64,000 nucleotides of DNA. Origin: Octopus bimaculoides (taxonomy: Eukaryota). The DNA lies in assembly GCF_001194135.2 (NCBI RefSeq), contig NC_068985.1, positions 29,353,657 through 29,417,656 on the forward strand, written 5' to 3'. This document shows positions 37,860-51,499 of the stretch, in pieces (position 1 is the stretch's first letter; each line of letters opens with the position of its first letter). The notes under the pieces were generated by a model. That model ran no database searches. It worked only from the letters and a program-made list of their open reading frames with translations, and was not told where the DNA came from. The position numbers were made by a program, and so were the translations under genes.

Positions 37860-39300
37860 GGCTGCTGTAGTTTTGTGACACAAATGGCCTAATCATCTGC
37901 AATTAAAATCCAGGAAACTGACCAGTGATCTAATCACCTTAATATATTTGGTGAAGAAAGACAGATGGTTGTAAATGCCAAGTCCCGTTTTGGTCAAGAA
38001 CGTACCACCTAACATAGATTAGAGATTAATGACATCAAAGTAAAACTAGACAGATTCATAGACAAAAGGCAATTTTGAGACAGAAGACATGAAAGAAAAG
38101 AGCTCACAATTAAGCAAAATTCTCATGGAGGCTTGTAACAGTAAAAAAGGAAGAGCTAAAGACTTAAAAATGTAGAGAAAAACTGGAAGTTGCTACAGAA
38201 CAATTTGTTGAGGGCTACTGACTAAATCTGTGGCTGTTGTAAGGTTCCAGCCACACAAGAATGGTGATGTAGACAGAGCCATAAAAGCCGAGATGAGCCA
38301 GGGAAAGCTGAAAGAAAGGAAACAGCAGAGAGCGAATAGCTAGAACAGAATCTAGGTATTAGGTATACTAAGCTTGGGGAAAAGCAGAATGAAGAGAAGC
38401 AGTATGAAGATCAGAGGTGTGAGGTGTTCTGGATTGCAAGGGTATGTGCTAGAGAAAATTGAGAAGCCTGTGGAGAGAAGTATATTTGGTATGATAATGG
38501 TAGATGAGTCTTCACTGATAATGAAGAGAAAGAGGCATGGAATTGTTACTATGAATGATAACTAAATGAAGAGGATGCATGGAAAAGAGAGGACCTGCCA
38601 CAAATAGACCCAAGAGATGACCTACCACAAATAGTGGTTACTAATGCTTTGAAAGCAGGGAAGAGCTGGATCATGGAGCATAACTACTGAGATGCTGAAC
38701 ATATCTGATGAGGTAGGTCACATGCAAGTCACAAACATTGTCACTAAGGTAGTGCAGAATGGTACCATACTTAATGACTAGCATAGTATTATCAACATTA
38801 ACTGCCACTTGGACAAAGGAAATACAATGCAAAAAGAAAATTATGGTTGATGGACCAGGCTATGAAAGTTACTGAAAGAGTGATAGCACAACTTATCAGA
38901 AGCAGAATTAGTCGAGATGAGATATAGTTCAGTTTTGTATCAGGTGGTGATACAACTGATATCCTCTTCCAAAGGAAAGAAGTACTTGGATAAGATAAAC
39001 TGCTATAACATTTCATTCATTAACTAGGTGAAGGCCTACAGCAGACCTACAAGCTCTGTAATCTGGTAGTCATTATGAAACCCAAGGTTAGGCAAATGGA
39101 TGTTGATGGCTGTGTAAATCATGTACAAAAACAGATAGAGTATGCAAGTAGATATCTACAATGGTTCAGTCTTGTTTATTATAGTCCTTCTGGTCAAAAG
39201 AAAAGATTTTAAGATCAGCTGTCCATAGGAACTGTTATATACCAATGACTATGTTTTTATATCTGAACTGGTCAAAGATTTCCAGAAGGAATCCTAGACA
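37860..39300 (+). mobile_element. Old RTE LINE fragment (end of AP endonuclease through start of RT)
   Basis: Degenerate remnants such as ITTEMLNISDEVG and MDQAMKVTERVIAQLIRSRISRDEI*FSFVSG, with many stops. Confidence 0.75.
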
Positions 39301-40727
39301 TGGAAGTAAAACCTAAGACTAAGAGGCCTCAAAGTAAGCAATGTGTCAGGCTGACTTTGTACTATGCCAAATTAACAAACAGGTCAACTTTGATCAATTG
39401 CTGTTCCACTATAATTTTCAGGTTCATCCAAAGTACTGCTCACATATTGACAATAGTGTTGCTACAATGCACAAAGAAAAATATTGTAAACATTATCTAA
39501 ATGAAGTCTATACGGCTGACTGGCAGAGACTCACTAATGTATGCACTATTTATTCTTTTTTTTTTCTTTCAGTCACAACAATAGTTTTTACTCCTCTGAT
39601 ATCAATTCTGCCCAGACCCACTCAAAGTACACATTTACCTCGTCTCTTCTCGTCACCCTATTGTTTCACTCTACCAAACACAATAATACCATTCCCAATC
39701 AACTCTCCCCGCAAAATGCTGCCTTCTACTCTCTTCACTTTTCCTACAGAACTTCAAGTTAAATATCAACTAGGAAAGTTTCTAAAGAATATAGGTGCTG
39801 TTCTTCTTCCCTTGATTAAGTGCCAAAAAACAAAAGAAAGGAAAAAAAAACCACATCTAATTTGTAAAATGGAGATTATCTAAAGTTCAGATATTTCTTA
39901 CATTATAACTGCAATTAGAAATCATAAGCTACATGAAAGAATGAATTTCTTATTAATTGAATAGGTTTCCAAAAGCATTTGTGTCTACATTTTACATACT
40001 CTCTCTTACATGGTTTCTCTCTCTCTCTCTCTCCCCATCACCATAGCATTTTTTTCTTAATTCTTCATACCAAGGAGATGTTTCTTTGGTAACAATAGAA
40101 ATCTAATACCGTAATTGCTTCCTTTGTGGCAGTGAAAATCCTCATATCAACATGTTATGTTAATGTATCATATCAACATTCCATGCAAACACTGACAAAG
40201 TTAACAGGTTTCATTTTTAATTTACTCATAAACCATCTGGTAGTGGCATGATAAACTATTTATAGCATATAATATAAATAGTTTGATTAAATTAATAAAT
40301 ATCAACATTAGCTACAGAAGCAGTACAACAATGATTCTAAATGTTAATAGGAGTAAACCAACAAGTGAAATGGATGCTCTTCTGTCAATTCTGTAATAGA
40401 ATATAAGCATTCAAAAACAATCAGTTTGGAGAGAATTAAAAATTCAGATCATGATAAACAAAACTGCAGGATAACCTTTAACAATGGTGGTATTTATATT
40501 TTCTAATGGTCAGTAAATCAATGTAGCTGTGACAAGTTATACCAACCATTAGGTTATAATCACTTGTTACAAAAACTGACATAGGATATTAAGCTTTGAA
40601 TAGAATAAAATCTACATACAATATCAAGCTTTGATTTTGACAACAAAAAAATAATGCATAGAAATCATACACACAGAAGATAAATGTGACAAATAAACTC
40701 AGAACAATGAATATAACTGAGACAACC

Positions 40728-42650
40728 ATCATCATTATCATCATCGTTTAACATCCACCTTCCATGCTATCATGGGTGGGATGGTTTCACAAGAGCCGGG
40801 CAAGCAGAAGCCTACACCAGACTTCTGTGACTGTTTTGATGGGATTTTTACAGCTGGATGCCCTTCCTAACACCAACCACTCATCAGAGTGGACTTGGTG
40901 CTTTTTATGTGGCACAAGCACAGGGGAGGTCAGTTATGGCAAGGTTTTTACAGCTGGATGTCCTTCCAAACAACAACCACTTTACAGTGTGGACTGGGTG
41001 CTTTTAAGTGGCACCTGCACTGACAGGGTCAGAAAGTACTTGCAAGACCAAAAAAAAAAACTTTCAAGAGGGGAGGGGGCATTAGAAGAGGTGATCTTGT
41101 GTCAGATGATGGAAGGTTATAATGAGACAGAGAGACAGAAACAGGTGTGCTACCACAAAGGAAATACATGGTTACCCAACCTAAGGGAAGTGCAGGAGAA
41201 GGAGAGAGTGTGGGAGACAGCAGTATAGAGGTTGTGGCAAAATGCCGGGCATACTCACAAGGGACAGGGATCAGAATATAAATGGAATGGTTGAGTAAAG
41301 GAAGAGAGAGATATAGATAATAGCAAGTGCCAGGGCAAACTCTTGAAGTTCGAGCACCATAATATAAGTGGCAGGATATTGCGAAGGAAGAGTGATTAAA
41401 GAGTGCGGAGGCTGGGAGTGAGTGGCAAAAACCTGGATATATATAGTCAGGGGGGCTACCGGATAGCAATGATACAGAGGAACAAGGCCATGAGGTCAGG
41501 ATTGGTGAGTAAGAGCGAGGCATAGTGTATGAAGGAGGAAATGTGAGGAAGAGAAGAGATGTGGAGATGTAGATTGGTTTGTTGGGATAGGGTGAGTGAA
41601 AAGATTTCTTGTTAAGTGTAGGTGGAACACACAGGTCGGGGCTAGCAGATAGCAATAATAGTGAGACAGGGTATGTGGCACAGGGCCAAGAGGACAGGAT
41701 TGGGGAGTGGGTGGTAAGCATAGTGCACGAAGCAGAAATGTGAGGAAGAGAAGAGATGAAGAGACGTAGTTTGGTTTGTTGTGGTGATGTGAGAAGTTTT
41801 CTTGTCAAGTGTGGGTGGGACACAGTGCTTCTAGAACTCAGTTTCGCTGACGTGGGCAGGTCTTCTCTAAAACTTTATATTGCCAGACATCTTGGTCCAT
41901 TGTCATTTCCTCTGAGAGGCCCAACATCCTGAGATTGATCCTTACCACTTCATCTCACATCTTCCTGGGTTTCCTTCTTCCACAAGTACCATCCACTTTC
42001 AGCAATCGGCATTTCTTTATGCAGCTGTCCTCATTCATACACATCACATGTCCAAACCAACGTAGTCTTCTCTCTTGCATACTACATTTGATTCCTTTTA
42101 TGCCCAACTTTCTTCTCAATACATTTGCACTTTGCACTGATGTAGCACATCCAACGGAGCATACTACCGTCATTTCTCTCCAGTCTACGCATGTCTTCTG
42201 CATTCAGAGCCCATGTCTCACTACCATGGAATAGAGCCGTTTGCACACAAGCATCATAAATTCTACCTTTCACTCTGAGAGAGAGTCTTTTTTTTCGCTA
42301 ACAGAGGTAATAGTTCTCTGAACTTCCTTCACCCAATTCTTAATTCTAGAAACAATACTTTCAGAGCATCCTCCACCATTGCTAATTTGGTCACCTAGGT
42401 AACAGAAATTATCTACAACCTCAAGAGAGCCTCCTGGGCATTTGAGAAAATCTAAGTCCTGTGTGCTCTTAGTGCTTATCACATACAAAGACGACTTTAT
42501 CTGTTAATCTACCTGTGCTTCCACTGCACCTCTTACGTATCCATAGTTTACACAGGGTGCAGCAAATGGAATTTTTTCCAACTCCTTTCCTACATACTGA
42601 GCAGGGCCATTTACCTGACAGAAAGAGAGTTTTATCTTCTTTCTTACTAA
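40728..42650 (-). mobile_element. RTE LINE 3' portion (PHD-like finger, thumb, long 3' UTR, (GAT)n tail)
   Basis: Minus strand encodes GKWPCSVCRKGVGKNSICCTLC, LEVVDNFCYLGDQISNGGGCSES, KGRIYDACVQTALFHGSETW and LRWFGHV..GRRKPRK. (CAT)n tail at 40728. Treating the intervening low-complexity block as the same element is an inference. Confidence 0.85.
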
Positions 42651-43769
42651 CAACAACTTTTGCTAAACTGCTAAGTTACAGGGATGTAAACAAATCAACA
42701 TTGGTTGTCAAGAGTAGGGGGAATGGCACAAACACACATTTGTATATGAATACAACAGGCTTCTACACCATTTCTGGCTATCAAATTGATTCACAAGGCA
42801 TTAGTCAGCCTGAGACCTTTCCAAGATGCTGCACAGTGAGACTGAACCTAAGACCACATGGTTGCAAAGCAAGCTTCTTAACAGTCACATAGTCATGCCT
42901 GTACTTATAAATAAATTCACCAACATATTATTGTATCATTTAATGTCTCATTAAAATCAGAGTGGTGGGGCTGTATGTCTATATGTATATATACCCACAC
43001 GTGTGCGTGCATGCGTGCAGAGAAAGAGAGACAATTAACATAAAGTAAGACACAGATAGACAGTTAAAACCTGCAACCACCATTTGTTGACATTCTTTTA
43101 TCATCAACACGAGCAAGTATAAGGACCCTGCTATTAATAAATTGAAGTCTAAGATCAATTAAATTCAATCAGTTTTAGAAAGCTGTAGAAAATTAGAACT
43201 GTAGATCATTATCTTTGCCAACAGATTCAATATGTTTATAAGTCAAGATATTTCTAACAAATTTACATTATGTATAAGAATAAAATAAGCACTGAAATCT
43301 TACTTGCTTAAAGCAATATTATCAATCTATCTCTTGTTTTTTTTTGCTTTTTTATTGCCACTTTCTTGATTGTTAATTGATGAATATATAAATAGTAGCT
43401 AATTAAAACTTTCAACTTCATTATCTTTAAATTGTTTATCTCTATTAACTACACACTCATAGCTTCTCAAATTCCTTCTAAAACAGGTTATCTGGAAAAT
43501 ATAAATATGCTTGTACATAACTGGAGTTTAATTCAAATATTGTTAGATATCAGAATAGTTGGAGTATCAGACAAAATACCTTTATATTTTGTTCCAACTC
43601 TTTATGTTTTGAGTTCAAATTTTGCTTGGGTCAACTTCATTTGTATACTTCTGGATGGAGTGGGAGATGGGCATTGATAAAGTATCAGTGAAATATGGGT
43701 GTTGATGTAATTGATGACCAAACTCTCCCCAAAAAGGAAGTGACCTGTTAACTGTGTGAAAGAATTAGT

Positions 43770-44123
43770 AAAGGCAGAGATATTGTTTTCAGTCATGTTT
43801 GTTTGTTTGTACATGGACAAGATATCTCAAGAACCACTGGATGGATTCGAATGAAACTTTCAGGGATCCTTAGCTTTATGACTGGCATGAACTGATTAGA
43901 TTTTGGGATCAATCCGGTACCAAACAAGGATTCTGGATTATTTTTCCTGTTTTTTTTTTCCACTTAATTTTTGAGAGTGGTCGGGTTCATTTTTAGTATT
44001 CTCGTTTGTTAGAGCAGTTGAGTTTATTCCAGATATTCTCATTTTAAAAATTATCTTTAGCTAATCATTGAGAGGACGTTGGTGTTGCCTTGACAAAGGT
44101 TTGTGCACTCTGAGTGCTCTTGT
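43770..44123 (+). mobile_element. Non-autonomous Helitron/Helentron-type element (HINE/DINE-like)
   Basis: (gttt)n microsatellite, gatatctcaagaaccactggatggatt core, and a 3' hairpin GCACTC-T-GAGTGC (44105-44117) followed by tcttgt. Confidence 0.65.
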
Positions 44124-44364
44124 TATCATTATTATTCACATAAAAACTGTGGAATTGCAAAAACCAGTAAAGCACAAGGCTAAATACTTCTAATATTTAG
44201 TTCCATGTCTCTCTCTACATGAGGTCATGAGTGGCATCTTTGGTGGAATTGTTCTAACAATTTAAAATGCCTTTCATAACAAGTCCAAGTTTCACAGGAA
44301 TACAACAGGGATGGTAACACAAATGATTTGCAAAGTGTCAGCTTTGTATTCTTATTTATAGTCA

Positions 44365-45310
44365 GAAGGCAAACAAATCATAAATCCCATTAGGTAGACA
44401 GCCCTGCTCAATCTGTAGAAAATGTGTAGGTAGAAACTCCATAAGATGTACCCGGTGTAAGCAATGGACACATAAGAAGTGCAGCAATATCAAAGGAAGG
44501 TTAACTGGGAAGTTTTTGTGTGTGCCAGATGCACAGGAGCAATAAACACTGACGTAAAGAAAACAGATTCCATCACATGCTAGGGGAAAAAAACTACCAA
44601 GTCAGTAGTGGAGGTGGATGCTCTGAGAGCATAGCTGCTAGAATAAGAATTGCCTGAGCAAAGTTCAGAGAACTCCTATCTCTGCTGGTAACAAAGGGTC
44701 TCTCGCTCAGAGTGAAAGGTAAACTGTATGATGCATGTATGCGAACAGCCATGTTACACAGCAGTAAAACATGGGCTGTGACTGCTGAGGACGTGTAGGC
44801 TTGAAAGAAATGAAGCTAGTATGCTCCACTGGATGTGTAATGTCAGTGTGCATGCACAACAGAGAGTAAGCACCTTGAGAGAAAAGTTGGACATAAGAAG
44901 CATCCAATGTGGTGTGCAAGAGAGATGACTTCGCTGGTATGGTCATATGTTGCGTATGGATGTGGATAGCTGTGTCGAAAAGTGTCACACCCCTAACAGT
45001 AGAGGGAACCTTTGGAAGAGGTAGACCCAGAAAGACCTGGGATGAGGTGGTGAAAACACAACCTTCAAACGTTGGACCTCACAAACGCAATGACAAGTGA
45101 CTGAGACCTTTGAAGATATGCTGTGCTTGAGAAGACCCAGCAAGCCAAGTGAGATCGTAGCCATGGCCGATGCCAGTGTCACATAACCAGCCCGTTTAAA
45201 AGTACCCTTCAATCCTCAGGCAATATGCTGTGCTTGAGAAGACCTGTCGAGTCAAGTGAAATTGTGGTCGTAGCAGATGCCAGTGCCGCCTGACTGACAC
45301 CCGTGCCATG
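44365..45310 (+). mobile_element. RTE LINE fragment (PHD-like finger to 3' UTR)
   Basis: PCSICRKCVGRNSIRCTRCKQWTHKKCSNIKGRL..VCARC, then KGKLYDACMRTAMLHSSKTW and GTFGRGRPRKTWDEVVK. Confidence 0.9.
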
Positions 45311-45624
45311 TATATATATAATAATGGTTTATGTTTGAGATTTGAAGCTTGTATTTGTAACAAGAAGGAAGTGTAGATGTAATGGACATATTGTGCAAAT
45401 GTTTTTCACTCCTGCTTCTTGTCTATTAAGCAAGGCTATTTTTCCCAGTCTTTCATAGAAAACATGTCTAGCTATGGAAAAATAAGACCTTGTTTAGAAA
45501 CAGGTCATGTTTGGCAACAAGTGCAGCGCACTGTAGAAAATCTGCTTCAACAAATTCTATGTGATTCATGCAAACATGGAATAGTAGACATTATACGATG
45601 ACAATGGTGATGATGTATACATTT

Positions 45625-46014
45625 CTTTTACTCTTTTATTTGTTTCAGTCATATGGCTGCGGCCATGCTGGAGCACCGCCCTTAGTCGAGCAAATCGACT
45701 CCGGGACTTATTCTTTGTAAGCTTAGTACTTATTCTATTGGTATCTTTTGCCAAAATGCTAAGTGACAGCGACATAAACACACCAGCATCAGTTGTCAAG
45801 TAATGCTAGGGTGACAAACACAGACACACAAAAACATACACACACTCATACATATATATGACAAGCTTCTTTCAGTTTCCATCTACTAAATCCACTCACA
45901 AGGCTTTGGTCGGCCTGAGGCTATAATAGAAGACACTTGCCCAAGATGCCATGCAGTGGGAATGAACCTGGAACCATGTGGTTGGTAAGTAAACTACTTA
46001 CCACAAAGCCACTC

Positions 46015-46017
<3 letters not shown>
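45625..46017 (-). mobile_element. SINE family A, full length
   Basis: Reverse complement of family A. Confidence 0.88.
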
Positions 46018-46057
<40 letters not shown>

Positions 46058-47220
46058 TTTAATTTCCAAATGCTAAGATGATTTATAATTAAAATATGTA
46101 CTCTTGTAACTACCTAGTAGTGATTTAATGTCCTTTTTTAATATATATTAGTTTGAAGAGTGCTAAGTATATTATCAATGTGAAGATGGTAATTACATGA
46201 CTTGATGCTGCACCAGTGAAAAATCATTCCATGGTAGTTATCAAATTTTTCCCTTACATGCACCTTATAAAAAACACATTTCTTTTCACTAAAATATTAA
46301 AACAACTCTTCCAATAGTTCTCTTCACATCAGTTTTCAAAAAGATAAGCATTTGTTTTCAGTTATGGAAAAAGAGTGAGTGAAATCCTGACAAACATATA
46401 CTTCAAAGTACCTTCATTACACAGCTGTTTTATATATGTTATTTGATTAAAAAGGGAAAAAAACTGCAATGATGCAAAAATATTTAAAAGTACACTTATT
46501 GCACTAGTTGGAAGATATAAATAGATAAGTGCAATGTCGAAAATCAATAGTTTCATTAGCAAAACCTGAAGGTAAACTTAGGTTTCAGAAAGAACAAATA
46601 CTTTTCAAATATTATCAGCTTTGACAAAATTTTTGAAAAAAAGCCATCAATTATCACTAAAACTCTTTTAAACATTATGTAACTGTTCCATCAGATTTCC
46701 TTATATACCTTAGGAAATTCATTACACATCCATGGAGGTTATTTACTACACATACTTTTCCAATTTTTCTTGCTCAGACTATTTTGTGACCAAAGGTTTT
46801 CAAAAGTTGGATCATTTTGAAGCTCCTTTTCATACATTTCCTAAATTTTTCAAAATTTCTTTTACCCTTCTCCTTTTAATGATCTTTAATGCTAGGTTTT
46901 GGATAAAATTTGTCACTGTAGATTATAATTAAAAAGTGGGGAAAAACACATTAAGTTCCTCAAATCTTGAAGCAGCTTTATGATGGACTAAGTAATCACA
47001 CCCTTCCCTGAGACACTGTTATGTTATCGATCTAAATATTGTAAGTCACAAACAAAACTAGAAATCAATAATTGTTCAACTTTCACACAACCCCAATACT
47101 AAAATTATAAAATAAAAGACTGAGATGTTTAACTAATAGATATACATATTTCTTCACAGCAATAATCAAACTCAAAAACAAAAAAGATAATATATATTAC
47201 AAACACCTAACCATACTCAC

Positions 47221-47305
47221 CTACAATTAACCGTTCATCATTTGGTATTTCTTTGAAAATTTTCTTGTAATCCTCACTGCGTGATTTATAGGTAGGACTT
47301 AAAAC
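47221..47305 (-). CDS. GRAMD1B: GRAMD1/Aster-B-like coding exon (start of GRAM domain region): VLSPTYKSRSEDYKKIFKEIPNDERLIV+G
   Basis: Minus strand reads tgtag|GTTTTAAGTCC...ATTGTAG|gtgagt. 85 nt, phase 0 to phase 1. Matches the VLSPTYKQRNEDFRKLFKQLPDTERLIVD motif I recall from vertebrate GRAMD1B and joins in frame to the next exon. Confidence 0.95.
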
Positions 47306-50300
47306 CTACAATTGAAAGAAAATTTACGGATATTAGTTCATGGCTTCAGAAAATTTTCTTATGAGAACTCACAGACTTGGAAATATATTAGAAATTAATT
47401 TTCTCAATAATCAACAAATGTCTAAAAGAAAGGTATATTAGGTGAAACTTCATCCTGCATAGAACAAATAAATATGACACCCATTAAGTTTATTTACATT
47501 ATTTGCAACCAAACAAAAGCTTATTTATCTATCTTTCCAATAAAACAACAGAATTTTATGGTCTCACATACAGTGAGAAAGAGTGACAGAATGAGAGAGA
47601 GAGGTAGAAAAACCAGATATGCACACTGGGGATAGTGACCCCAGAATGTTATACAGTACCATTTTACACAACAAAACACTGTGCAAGTGATTCCAATGAA
47701 ATGTGAACTATAAATATATCTGAATTTGTGCTGAATTTGTGGGTGGGCTATTTCCAAATAATCATTTAGTAAATTTTCATTCCATATGTTACCTAAATTA
47801 GCATGATGAGGGCTGATTAACAACAGCACCAACAACAAATTAATACAAATTGGATTATTTAAAACGGTGTCTGTCAATTTTGAATCTCTTTCTCTCTAGG
47901 TCAGAGAGAGAGAGAGAGGGGGAGAAAGGTCCTCCCTCTCCTTTTGCTCTCTGACCTAGAGGATTTGTATATCTTAGTGCTTCTTTCTCATCCAGTTATC
48001 TACATGGGTTGGGCATTTTCAATGAATTTTATCACTTGCATGAACAACTGAAATAGGTTTCACAGCTGAATATAGCTATATAATTGAAAGTAATTGGAAG
48101 AAACGCTTATTAAAATACAGTAATTAATGTAATTTGGATTTCAGTTCAACATTAATGTTAGCACCAGACCATAACTTTTAGAACTATTAAGTTGAAGGCC
48201 AAAAACTTTAATGACAGAGTCACATGCACTTCCAATTACACTCACACACATACACCTTTACACATATAATAAGATTAAACAACTGAGAATGTATAGAAAT
48301 ATGACAACATACAACTCAATCGCAACCTAATTCACCAGGCTTCCTAAGAAACAGGTCTGGTGCAACTTTGAACAAAGACACGATTGTTATTCAAAAAGAA
48401 GTCAAAGAAAGATTTAACTGTAAACAAAAGATTGATAATATGAATTCAAGTATGTATTTTAAAGTTATCAGAAATACTTTTATTAATATACAAGTAAAGA
48501 ATGAAGAAAAGATAACTAATAACTTAAAATACAATATTAATACTAATTATTCAATTTTTTTTTAAACGGTTCACACACATACACGCATGCATATACATAT
48601 ACTGGTTATGAAGTTTGCTTGCTAATCACATGGTTTCAGGCTCAGACCTACTGTATAGCATCTTGGGCAAGTTTTCTACCCTAACTCCAGACTGACCAAA
48701 GCCTTGTGGGTGGATTTGGTAGATGGAAACTTAAAAACTTGTTGTGTATACACGTGTGTGTGTGTGTGTGTGTGCATGAGTGTGTCTCCTTGTCTTGATA
48801 TTGTGTGACGTAAATGAATGTCATGTCACTTCTAATATTCTGTGGAAACATGCCTGGCTATGTGGAAATATTTACCTTGCTTGGAAACAGGTATGGGTTG
48901 GTGATGAGAAAGACAACAAGCTGTAGAAAATCTGCCTCAGCGAAGTCCATCTCTGATCCATGCAAGCACAGAAAAGTGGACGTTGAAACAATGATGATGA
49001 TAATGATAAATTTGACAATTTGTATTTGATGGGTCCGTGAATTTAGAACTTTTTCATGAATTATTTAGAACGACTATAATACAATCAGATAATAAATCAG
49101 AGATGCTCATCTTTACACTAACCATAGAATAAAGTAATCTAAGAAATATTTGCTGTGCAGAGATAATTTAGGTGAGTGGTTTATTAATTATCCACAGAGC
49201 TCATTAATTAATGTGAAATCATTTTAAATTACACAAGTGGACAGAAAATGCTTGTATAGCCATTGAATTCATAACGTGGTTTCATAACAACAAAGTAGTT
49301 GTTAATTTAAATGAAACATTGCCAGCATTCACCTAGAATAACATTCACTTACATACCAATGGGGACCTATAGTTTAGTTACTGTAACATATATAGAAACA
49401 TGTATCAGCTCAATCTACTTCTCTGCAACTGTGTATTGAGTACTTAGTTGTTTACATACAGTAACCATTAAACCATGAACATTCCACCAACACCACCTTC
49501 ATGCACAAACAACTGCTCTAAAATTTCTGACTGCAGTCACACATCCTGGGTTCCTAATTCTGGTCTCACCTTCTGTCTGCTAAAGCAATAGGAAAGGTAG
49601 CCTGTCTAGGTCTAAAAACAAATACCATCCATGCTATAATACCATCAAAAAATCCAGCACATCCATGCTGGTAACAATGTAAATGAAGGATGAAGTCTGT
49701 AAAACAGATAAAGGTTTGGAGGGAATATATTTTTTTAAAGAAAAAGGAAGAATATTTCTGAGTGTCAACTTTGTTGAAATGTTACCAAACAAATGAATAA
49801 TGGTAATAAGAATTTAGAATTGAAATGTCAATTTAGTTTCAGATGTAATAAATGATTTATCATCTGTCCTGGGTAAGACTTGAAACAGCATCTGGTTGTG
49901 AGACCCTGATTTTGGAGTAGAACCACATTCTTAGCCATTACTGTTCCAAAGTCTACTCTGACCAAGAGTAGTAGCACCTGTCTGGGTCCCAGCTATATGT
50001 TAATTAGCATGTTATGGAAAAAAATTCCAAGCACAAACCCTTGTGAATGTCTTAAGAAAGGAAAAGGTTAGGGGAGTCCACCTTGACAGCAAATTTAAGA
50101 GTGGAGACCCTCAGGCAATCTGGTGCCCTCTTTCATACCCTTTCAGCAACTCCAGAGTAGGTGGAGCTCTCCGCCAGCCCGATGTAAAACCTATAACTTG
50201 CTGGTCACTGCAGCTATCTTAGCTCACTGAGCCATTGTGATCAGACCTTCAAATCTAAAGAGCAGGACCAGATTGTACAGACTGACTCTCACTTTAAAAC

Positions 50301-51499
50301 TACAAAGTGCAGGCTGGAACAAAAGCTCTGCAGCATCAAGAATCAGTGTACATAGCCATTTGAGGGCATACCACTCTTGAACATAACCTTTGGATATGAA
50401 GAAACTGTCATCGTCAATTGGGTTTGTAAAATGGCATCAAGGTAGATATCTATAACTTTAAAATTCATTTACCAAAGGCAATTAAGACATTAAACACTAG
50501 ACACACATCAAGCCCTATTACTACAATTCACTGTTTTGTCTCAGTGGACAAAACTGAAATCTGCTTGCTTCAAACTGAGTAACTAGCAATACTTTTTTCC
50601 TATTTCATGATTGGATGATTAAACACACGCAAGAAGTGGAAAAACTCCCTTCTGCAATTATTTGCAAATGCACAATTTAGAAAAGCTTATCCTACAAAAG
50701 AAAATCGAGTTATACAGAGTTATAACAGAAAGAAAAGGAGATCATATCTATTTTTTCTTGTTTTCTTTTCTCTACAGTGACAGACTGATTTGAGGTTTGA
50801 ACTTTTTTTCTCATTTATTTACCACTAGCCTATCGCTGGTTGATGAAAAACAAACTATAAGGCAAGTTTGGATTCAATCAGCAATATACTACACTGAATA
50901 CCTTTGTACCTATATCATCTCATTCTTTCAGTCAATTTCTCAGTTATTTTATCAATGTTTGAAAGATGAAAGTCTAAACTGACCTAGTTGAAATTTGAAC
51001 CCACTCAAACTTGTCAATATTAAGTAGCAATTCCAACATTCTTACAAATGCATTGAATAGATGTATATGCAATCCCTAAAATTGAACAACTTGTATTATA
51101 TTCAATGTGTGTTAATGGAGGACCTTCTTTGTTAATCCCAGAAAAATAAAAGAGGAATTTAGTTGGGGGGAGGGGCAGTGAACTTGGGAAAGTGAGGCAC
51201 TAAATTAGATTTGTGTGTGTGTGTACCCTTGTCTAAACATCACATGATGATTGTAAATATCATTGTCTTATAAGCAAGGTTGTTCCTTGCGATTCTTCTG
51301 AGAAAACAAATCTATCCATGGGAAAATACCGTCTTGCTTGAAAACAGGTGAGGTTTAAGAGGCAGGAAGGGCATCCTGCTGTAGAAAATATGCCTCAACA
51401 AATTCTGTTTGACCCATGCAAATATATAAAAGTGGACATTAAATGATGATGATGATACTCAGAATGCTCCATATTCTACTTTCTCTCAGTCATATTGTA

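Noticed and set aside
41029-41823. 264-aa Ser/Pro/Leu-rich ORF
   Set aside because: Low-complexity pyrimidine-rich strand inside a LINE 3' region, with no domain signature or splice support.
50750-50800. Strong plus-strand acceptor-like tracts here and near 39735 and 24855, suggesting a nested antisense gene
   Set aside because: No consistent open frames or matching donors; pyrimidine tracts are frequent in this AT-rich DNA.
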